A stretch of DNA of 64,000 bases from Camelus ferus. Its lineage: Eukaryota. The notes below the pieces were generated by a model. The model was not told where the DNA came from. It saw only the letters and a program-made list of their open reading frames with translations, and searched no databases. The stretch covers positions 84,632,001 through 84,696,000 of the forward strand of contig NC_045697.1 in the NCBI RefSeq assembly GCF_009834535.1, given 5' to 3'. Position numbers and translations under genes: made by a program. Below, in pieces: positions 54,868 to 64,000 of this stretch; position 1 is the first letter of the stretch; every line of letters begins with the position of its first letter.

Positions 54868-55710
54868 GGTTAATCCTTATTTTGAGATAACTGTAGATTC
54901 ACTTGCAGCTACCAGAAGTAATAGAGAGAGAATCTGTAACCTTTTATCCAGTTCCTCGCAATGGTACTATCTCTTTGAACTACACTACAGTATCATAACT
55001 AGGATATTAACATCGATACAGTCAAGACACAGAACATTTTCATCACCTCAAGGACCTTTATGTTACCCTTTTATAGCTGCACAGACTTCCCTCCCACTTT
55101 TGCCATCTTTAATCCCTGGCAACCACTCATCTGTTTTCCATTTCTTTAATTTTGACATTTCAAGGATGTTATATCGATGGGATCATACAGTATCCTCTGG
55201 GATTTGCTCTGTTCTACTCAGCATAATTGGAGGTTCATTGATTGTTGCAGGCATTAATAATAGTTTGTTTCTTTGTAACTTTTAGTAATATCCCATGATA
55301 ATGATGTATCACAGTTTGCTGAACCAACTGTTGAGGGACCCCTGAGTCATCTTCAGTTCTGGGCTGTTATAAAGCTGCAGCAAACATTTGTGTTTAGGTT
55401 TTTGTGTTAACTTAAGTATCCATTTCTCTGGGCAGATGTTGGGTTGTGTGGTAGTTGTGTCTTTTGTTTTTTAAGAAACTGTCCAATTGTTTTCCAGAAT
55501 GGCTGTACAATTTCACATTCTCACCAGCACTGTATGATTCAGTTTCCCCACATCCACACAAACATTTGGTGGCGTCATTTTTTATTTTAGTCATTCTGAT
55601 AGCTCTGTAGTGCCATCTCATTGTGGATTTAATTTGCATTTCCCTAACAGTTAATGATGCTGAATATCTTTTCATGTGCTTATTTGCCATCTGTATATCT
55701 TCTTCCGTGT
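54868..55710 (-). mobile_element. L1 (L1MB/MC-type) 3' end, antisense
   Basis: EDIQMANKHMKRYSASLTVREMQIKSTMRWH and ccctggcaaccactcatctg. Confidence 0.88.
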
Positions 55711-57199
55711 TATGAAACCTAGAGTAATCTGCTAAATACACTTCATGTAAAGACAGCACTCTATTTCCACTGGAAAACTGACCATCATACAGATGAGGAG
55801 GCTGATGCACAGATAATTTAGATACTGTGAAGCCAGGCCGCCATAATGTAACTGAAGGATTCAAATCCAGCCGACTCAAGAGGTCCCACAGCCTCCGGGC
55901 ACTGGAGCCCCCTCACCTCTTCTCACAGGGACAGCCTCTTTCCTTTGACAGCTGTGGAGGACTGAAATTCGATCATACCAACAAAGTGTGTGGTTTCCCT
56001 TGTAAGCTCCTGTAATAGTCATCTGAATCCATGTCTTTTATTCCCCATTAGACTCTAGGGACCTCAAGGAAAGAGTCTATATCTGATTTATCATTTAATT
56101 CTCCCAGGCATTAGCACATTTGAGGAATTCAAAACAATTTTATTGATAAATGAATGAATAGCTTTCTGCCATGGATGAAGAAAAAAAAAGAGATAATCTG
56201 AAATAGTCTTGTCTTTCTTTTATTTCATTCATTCAACAGAGAGTGTCTGAGCCTGTACTAAAAGACAGGCACTTGGTTAGGTCTTGGAGCAGAAGGGAGC
56301 AAAAGGCACTCAGACTCAACTCTCACAAAACCTAGATTTGAATGGGGGAGACAGAAGTTAAACAGAGTTTCACCGGTAACTATGTTAACACCAGTCTCTT
56401 TTAGGTACTACAAAAAAAAAAAAAAAGAGTGACATGAGCAATTAAAAGAAGGACACCTGACTTTGATTGTGGAGAGGACAGGCAAGGAAGGCTTCTTTAA
56501 AGAGCTCATTTGAAATGAACTTTAAAAGATAATTTGGAATTGACTGGGGCAGGGGAGGAGTCAGGGTGGGAGAGAGAAAGAAAGAAAGACGAAAAGAGTG
56601 TATGTTGGGAAAGGATGTTTCATATTTTCATGCTGAAGGGATAGAATTTGAGTATATGAAATTTCAGAGAAAGGAAAGAGTTTGCTGAATTGGAGACACT
56701 AACAGAAGACACAAAAAAGGGACTTAATTCTGAAAAGGTGGGTGGAGGCCAGAAGCACAGATCTTTCTAGGCCTTTTGACCTTGTTAAGGGCCCTCATTT
56801 TAAAACCAAACTAGCACAGATGCGGCATCTGAGATAGTGGCGCCCGGAGACTTCGCCCCCCTTTTGAAGGGTCAGTGCTAGCCTGGACATGCTTCACTGT
56901 ATTTAGAACCACAGAGGCTCACTGGGCAGCACTTTCTGGCCTCTTATCAAGCATCTGTCAGAATCTATTTAAGGCAAGAAATGCAGGCAGGCATATCTCT
57001 GCACCTTCCCCACTTCCCAGATTATCTCCACTCTCTGCCTCTCTTATTTCATTGAATACTGAACTTTCACCCTAAATGTCAAATAGAAGAGGTGATCCTA
57101 TGCCTCCAGTACCAACATCTAAGCACACTGCAAAGACAAGGCTGTTTTCTTAATTCTGCTTTTCCCTCGGATTTTTAAATGTTTGTATTGGAAAACAGA

Positions 57200-57450
57200 T
57201 TGTGTAGTGTCAACAGTGTGAGTTCTGGAATCCAGTTACCTAGATTTGAATCTCCCTTTATTATTTATGACCTACATGAGAAGACTAGGAAAACCAGTTG
57301 TACTTTAAAGCCTCAATGTCCTTACTTGTAAAATAGAGATGATGATAAAAGTACCTTCTTCATAGGCTTGTTATGAGAACTGAATGAGGTAATAATACTT
57401 CAGAAAACTTACTATGGTATATAACAGTAATCCATCAGTTAATGTTGGCT
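57200..57450 (+). mobile_element. MIR SINE
   Basis: gcctcaatgtccttacttgtaaaatagagatgatg..cataggcttgttatgag. Confidence 0.75.
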
Positions 57451-57759
57451 ATGTCCTAAAGGAGAAAGTGGGGCTTTATATTCAGAAATAGCAGGTGATA
57501 CCATGGGTGCTGTTCCCTGACCAAGAGAGGGAGACAGAACAGGGAGTGGTGTTGACAGAGTAAGTACAAGTTGCCAAGCTGTTTGCCAGGCAGTTGAAGT
57601 ACCTCATCTCATTTCTGTGCAGCAGATTTCTAAGAATCATTATTTCTAGTTTTACCTATGGAGAAACTGAGGTTTGATAAAGTAACTGAGAGCCATATAC
57701 CTATTTATAGAGTCATGTTTGTCTAATTTCAAAGCCATATGGTGTTTCCACAACTAAAC

Positions 57760-57812
57760 AATGTTTCCCCTCTGAAGGAGAGAAGAAATGTTTCCCTTCT
57801 GAAGGAGAGAAG
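57760..57812. repeat. Two-copy tandem duplication (26-bp unit, 1 mismatch)
   Basis: aatgtttcccYtctgaaggagagaag at 57760 and 57787. Confidence 0.9.
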
Positions 57813-58605
57813 CAAAAATATTTAAGCCACATCATGTTTAGGTTGGCTTCAAAATTATTTAATTGGCATGTGTTTGAGTGTTTCTGTTAACTGTCAGTGT
57901 TTGCATTTGGTGCCCATACCCCTCAAGATGGCTGGTTGTGGAACCCTTAGCCACTGCTGGTTGCACGGACCAACTCTCAGACAGGAAGTTTTTATCAGCT
58001 CCCGAAGTGAATAGTAGACGCCTGTTGCTTTAAGGAGCGAGACCTCGGGCTTTGGGCAGGCTGGAAGTAGCAGACTGTGAAGTGCTCTGACTGATGCTTC
58101 ACCTCCTGATGTCTAATTGTTCACATCTCTACACAGATACCAGTCTGTGAATTGAGGCTAAACATTTCCACTGCCTCTTCAGCATAATCTTCATTCTGGG
58201 TCCATGTCCCTGGGAATAATTTCTCTCCTGACTGTGGCACTCTGGTAGTCTCCTACCTCCTAATTGATTTTTACCTCCGCGAAAACTGAAAAGAGAGGGA
58301 CGCCCAGGCCTTCGCAGTGAGCACTTGCTCCACTGCCCTTTGCTGCCCTCTGCTGTCTATACCTGGAAATTATGTTTAACTTTCAGGCTCTTGGTCCAAG
58401 GCAGATACATAATAGTGAGTGAGTGAATCTTGACACACAAAATTTGAGGGTGTGCCAAAAAGCCAAGTAAATAAAATAAATTATATTTTAGTGCAATATT
58501 TTTAAAAGTCCAATTTAAAAAAATACATCCAAAAATGTATTTCAAATTTCAAAAAAAAAAAAATAACATGGTGAATAAAATATCTAAATGTACCCTAAAA
58601 TAAGA

Positions 58606-58932
58606 CAGTCGTTCTTCAGTATTTGTGGGGAATTGATTCCAGGACCCCCTGTGGATACTAAAGTCCATGGATGCTCGAGTCCCTTATGTAAAATGGCACT
58701 ATATTTGTATATAACCCATGCACCTCCTCCCGTACACTTTACATCATCTATAGGTTACTTATAATACCTAATACAATGTAAATGCTCTGTACATAATTGC
58801 TGGTGCTCAGCAAATTCACGCTTTGCTTTTTGGAACTTTCTGGAATTTTTTTTAGGGGGGGCAATACTTTTGATCTTCAGTTGGTTGACTCTGTGCATGT
58901 GGAACTTGTGGATATGGATAGAGGACTGACTG
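58606..58932 (+). mobile_element. MER2 (TcMar-Tigger) non-autonomous DNA transposon
   Basis: cagtcg...ttccaggaccccc..ggatgctcgagtccct..aaaatggc body with gactgactg-ta terminus. Confidence 0.85.
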
Positions 58933-59029
58933 TACTAGCTTATATGTATATAGACTATTCATCCTTCCATTCAAAGGAGAGGTCTCATACCACAGTAGAA
59001 AATAATGCTACTGGTAATTGATCAGTCTT

Positions 59030-60030
59030 TTTCATCATGCAAATGCATGAAAAAAACCCAAGAAAATTTAGAAGAAACCAACAGCAAAAATGAGAAGGTT
59101 CAGGTGGAAAAGATTTAACTGTTGACTATTAAAGAAAACAGTTAAGAGGAAAAAAGCTGATTAAAAAATAAAAACCCTAACACCTTCAGAGTTAAGAAGC
59201 TAAGTAAAGAATAGGTGGCTATGAAACAAGAGCAAACAAAGAAGAAAGATTTCTTGGAAATTAAAAGTATCGTTAGTTAAATGAATAATTTAATAGAAAG
59301 CCTTGAAGATTGAGTTTAAGGAATCCCATTTGACCTTGACACTTGGAACATCCGTCTTTCCATTTTAATGACATAGATTACCTTTTTTCCCCCCAATAGG
59401 TAGAGCTATTCAGTGCTTCAATAAGGAGTAATTTAATAATTGGGATAATGTAAATTCTATTTCAGTTTATAGAATAAACATATAAACAACACTTGGAAGA
59501 CAATAATAACTGTAAAAGAATTTGATTAATATTAACATTGATAATGTGAAAAATAAAAGTCTGAATGTTAAGACAGCAGAGATGTGGAAGGTAATGTTGG
59601 ACAAATTTTTCTTACCTTATCTAGTAAGGAATCAAGATACAGTTTATAAAATTGATATAACAAAATATGGAGGATTAATCATGTTCTTTAAAATTATGGA
59701 TAACCTCCAGAAGAACCAAAATACTAAAACTGGGAAAACTTAGGAGAGGATGGATAAAGAAATATGAATTAAGTTCACCATCTTTCAATATATGCTATCT
59801 GAAGTCAATAACAAGAAATGGAAGGATTAACATATGTTTTAGAGGTATGGTAATAACTAGCAGCACAATAAAAAATGTTTAAAAATAGGGAGCTGGGTTA
59901 GAAATGGGGAGTGGGGTAATGAGGTCAGGTAGAGAGATTACTTTTCATTTAGTACCACTCTGTACTGTTTGATTTTTTTAAAACTTGTGTATGTATTACT
60001 TTCACACTTTAAAAGTTAAAAATGTAAAAG
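59030..60030 (+). mobile_element. Old HAL1/L1ME-like remnant
   Basis: Purine-rich L1-like sequence ending tctgtactgtttgatttttt..tgtatgtattact. Confidence 0.5.
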
Positions 60031-60325
60031 ATAGAAAACCCCCCCAAATTTCTGCAGCTGCAGCTCTTGGCACATTTCGCTCCCCAGCTGCAGTCTCTCT
60101 CCTTACACTAAGGAGAGAGAAGATCCTGCTGAGCCAGAAAGGAGGAAAAGAACACAGAAAAGTTTCTGCCCTGAAGCTGAAGTTTGGGGGATATTTTGTT
60201 TGTTTGTGCCTGTTCTTTCTCGTCAGTGGCCCAGCTTTTTGGAATACTCACCTTTGACTACTTTAGTCTGTGATAGCTAGAATCTCCTTAAAGTCTTGCT
60301 AAACTTTGATATCCTTCTGTTACTT

Positions 60326-61035
60326 TTTTTTTTAAATTGAGGTGAAATTGGTATATAACATTTCTATAAACATTAAAAATCAGTATTTGTATACACTACA
60401 GAGTGATCACCATTGTAAGTCTAGTTACCATCCACCACCATACAGTTGAGCCCCTCTACCTAAAATGAGCCCCATTTTACCCTTCCTCCAGCCCCTTTCT
60501 CCTTGCTAACCACCGATCTGTTCTCTGAATCAGTGAGTTTGTTTCTGTTTTATTTGTTTTGTTTTCCAGATTCCACTTAAAGCAAAATTATATGGTATTT
60601 GTCTTTCTTCATCTGACCTATTTCACTTAGCATAATACCCTCAAGGTCCATCCAGGTTGTCACAAATGGCAAGATTTCCTTCTTTTATGGTTATATATTA
60701 TTCTGTTGTGTGTGTATGTGTACCTGTATGTGTGTGTGTGTGTACACACATACAGACCCACACACCACATTTCCTTATCCTAACATTCATCACTGTTCAT
60801 TTAGGTTGTTTCTGTACCTTGTCTGTATATCTTGGCTGTGGTAATAATGCTGCGATGAATGTAGGGGTGTGTACATCTTTTCAAATTAGTGTTTTTATTT
60901 TCTTTGGATAAATACCCAGAAGTAGAATTGCTGGATCATTTAGCAGTTCTAAGTATTTTGAGGAATCTCTATACTGTTTCCCATTGTTTCCAAAAAACCA
61001 GTTTACGTTCCCACCAACAGTGTACAAGAGTTGTC
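60326..61035 (-). mobile_element. L1 3' end, antisense, with internal (GT)n
   Basis: PolyT start, ttcacttagcataataccctcaaggtccatcc, aaatacccagaagtagaattgctggatca. Confidence 0.9.
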
Positions 61036-63444
61036 TTGACTCTTTGGTCCTTACTGTGATCCTAGTGTTTAAAAAAAATTAAAAAAATTTTTTTTTTTAA
61101 TTTAGACTCTGCTCACCTACTGCCTAGCTGGGTCCAACTCAACCTGCCTAGGTAGGGAGGAAGAGTTTATACAAGAGTGATGACAATTACTATTATCAGA
61201 ATAATAAAACACTGCATATTATTAAGTTAGAACATAGTGCTGAGAGAGTAGAGTGATGGTCATTACTCCATTCCTTATGCTTTCCTGGAGAAGAGTCTAC
61301 TTCACCCCTAGAGAGAACTTGGAGGAATTTGAGAGTAGAGGTTTTCTGTAGATCACAATCTTATAGGAGACAACAGACATGAGAAAATGAAGAAACCAGA
61401 ATATCTAAATTTTCTAAGGCAATAATGTCTCAAATGTCACTCTCTGAGAGAAAGTAGGCAATATATATGGGAAGGTCCCCACAAGCATCAGTCAAACAAA
61501 ACAAAACAAGAAAAAATGCAAAGAAATACACATACATAATAAACATGTAGAAGCACAACTGTTGGGCAGTTTCTGCTCAGTGAGTACAGTTCCCAGGCTG
61601 TGGACTCGACGCTGGTGTGGCTGGCTGGCCTGCCCTGGGATTGAAACCTGGCTGTTCTCAGGCCTTCACTGTCTCCAGCACCGGTACCATCAAGTTATCT
61701 GCTGTGTTCTTTGGCTGACAGTAGCAGTGATGAACGACACTATACCATTCACTTAATTTGGGCACCATGATTTTGCTGGGTAACTTCTGTAGTGGAGCTG
61801 CAGTTTCTTTTTTGGCTGCTGACCTCTTGGAGAGTGGAGCTAACTAGAGATTTGAATTAACTTTGGAGAGGCTGGAGAAACTCCATCCATTCCTGTGAAA
61901 GACAGCCTGAAACACAGCTGCCGATCTAAGGGCCTAGACACCTGAGTAACACCCTCTGGCTGAGACTGAGCCAATGGTATAAAATTGGAAATGAAGGCAT
62001 TTGGACTCTAATTTCTGTGGGCTTTTTTTTTTTTTTTTTGTATGGGGATTTAGTTGTGAGGAAATTGAATAATAAGAAGAATTTCCTAATGTTCAAATTT
62101 GGGACATTTTTATGTTGTTGATCCAGTCTTTGGATTCATTTCATAAAGTCTGGTGAACCATTTTGGATAACATGACTGGACGTAATTAGTGGTAGAAAAT
62201 AGGACAGGGAGTGAATTTTGAGCTTAGGCTGCTGCGTGGAATCCTGCCCAACTCATGTTGCTGGAGTCTTTTGTGGGCAAAAAGTGAAGTGCCTACCAGC
62301 AGTTCCAGAGGGACACTGTGCAGAAGGCAGCAGAGTGCAGGGTGGTGAGGGCGTGGCCGCGCCATGCTCAGGCAGCCTGCCCTGCCGAGGGCCGGCCCGC
62401 CCTGGCTTACTCTGACTCTCTTAAGCGCAGTGGTGTGACATCGTTTCCTAACCTCCCTTCACGTGCGTGCTGCCTTCCTGATTCTTCTTTATGTGCATAT
62501 CACTCGTACTAATACTGATATATTTTTATTTAAGTATTGTGTGTACTTTAAAAATCTTTAGCTCATGATGTGCTAAAATGTGTTATATATTTTTCTGAAT
62601 ACAGATTAAAACACATAATTACTAGAATAAAAAAAAAAGCTTGTCACCAAGCTACCTAAAATCAACTGGCATAATGCCAGTGGAACACGGTAATTTCTGA
62701 AAGATGAAAAACCTGGCCTATAGTGACAGGGATGCATGTGACCCCAGTCCTCAAGTTTCTGATCCAATCCTGATGCTGGAAAGTGGTACTAGAGCCACTT
62801 GGGCCTCTCACTCCATCCCCAGCAACAAAGAGGAACCCTTCCTGAGACTTGCAGGAGCTCAGGTGTAGTGCTCTCTGGTTCTGTCCTAGGTGTTCAGGGT
62901 GCAGGGCTTCTTACCCCCACGCTGGAGCTGGGCTCGAGTGAGGAAGATTGAAGTTGTCTGTTCCACCATTCATTTGTGGAGAAGTAGTAACGAACCTATT
63001 TCTGCTTTAGGGGTAAGCCTCATTCTCCTACCCAGCGTTACTAGGGAACCCTGTAATTTGGTTGATAATACATACATTTCAGCCTCTTTCTGTCTTCTGT
63101 GTCTATTTCTCAAACTGGTTAAAATCCGTGAAGTTTCTACTTTATTCCAACACAGCATTTAGTTAGAGAAACAAGTGAAAGAATGAAAAAAGAAAATGCT
63201 AATGGAAGAAAATGAATGCTTCTGTTATATAGCAAAATACTCTTTGTTTATAAACATTTATAATAGCTTATTAAGAAAAAATGTCTTTTAAAAAGTTGAT
63301 TTAACTTGATATTCAAATACCGTGGCTACGAGTTCTCACTTCCCCAGCTTGGGTCTTGGTTCATGTGGTATTGTAGTCTCCTAGGCTGAGTCTGCACCCT
63401 GGAGTGGGGGGCCCTTCCCTATTCCCTTGTCTCTGAGACACGAT

Positions 63445-63632
63445 GAGATATAGTAGAAAGAATATTGGCTTCTGAGTCGGGCCTGGAAATGTACTCTGGA
63501 TGCTTGAATTTGGGCAAGTTACTTAACCTTCCTGAATCTCAGTTTTTACACGTGGAAAATAGGGATGGTAACACTCATAGGGTTGTTGTGAGGCTTGAGA
63601 CAATGTATGTAACATACTAATTTGATGCCTGA
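63445..63632 (+). mobile_element. MIR SINE
   Basis: ttgggcaagttacttaacctt..ctcagttttt..aaaataggg..cataggttgttgtgagg-type core. Confidence 0.8.
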
Positions 63633-64000
63633 TAACCCCTCCCACCCTGCCGCCCACAAATTGAGCTAAAGATAATCTATGAAGGATTCTTTCTCCCTAC
63701 TCAGTGTTTCTTTTTGGTTATCCTCTGGGACTCTGGGCATCAGCATTGTTTTTCATTTTTTCATCTTGGATCCAGTCCTTCTTTTTCCACACTCTTCTCC
63801 CTTCATGGCCTGGAATTGAGGTTTGGGGGCTGCTACTTTACTCCAGAGGACTGGTCACCTGGGACTCAGACTTCGTTTTCTTTGCTTCACGGCTCTTTCC
63901 ATGTCCCATCACCAGTTCCAAGACCACAGGCTGTAGCCTAAGTCTCCCACTTTCCCACCAACCAGCCACTATTTACCTAGAAGGAACCAGGCTGAACAGG

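Overview
AT-rich, repeat-dense mammalian genomic DNA, most likely camelid: it holds two tRNA-derived SINEs resembling the camelid Vic-1 type and a young L1. The main content is an intron-containing, minus-strand paralog of ARHGAP20 (PH, Ras-association and RhoGAP domains) spanning about 53.7 kb down to 25.3 kb. I mapped 13 exons by hand from AG acceptors, GT donors and translated similarity to ARHGAP20 recalled from memory. Seven of the nine upstream exons carry nonsense or frameshift lesions, so the full-length gene is an unprocessed pseudogene. The three exons encoding the C-terminal half of the RhoGAP domain are intact. An intronic ATG-initiated segment (30160-29954) with a strong phase-0 donor could splice onto them and give a 287-aa ORF lacking the arginine finger. 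That candidate rescued transcript is the most interesting observation, but it is inference only. The rest is L1, L2, MIR, MaLR/ERV LTR, DNA-transposon and microsatellite sequence. Repeat boundaries and family names are approximate and were assigned by eye.
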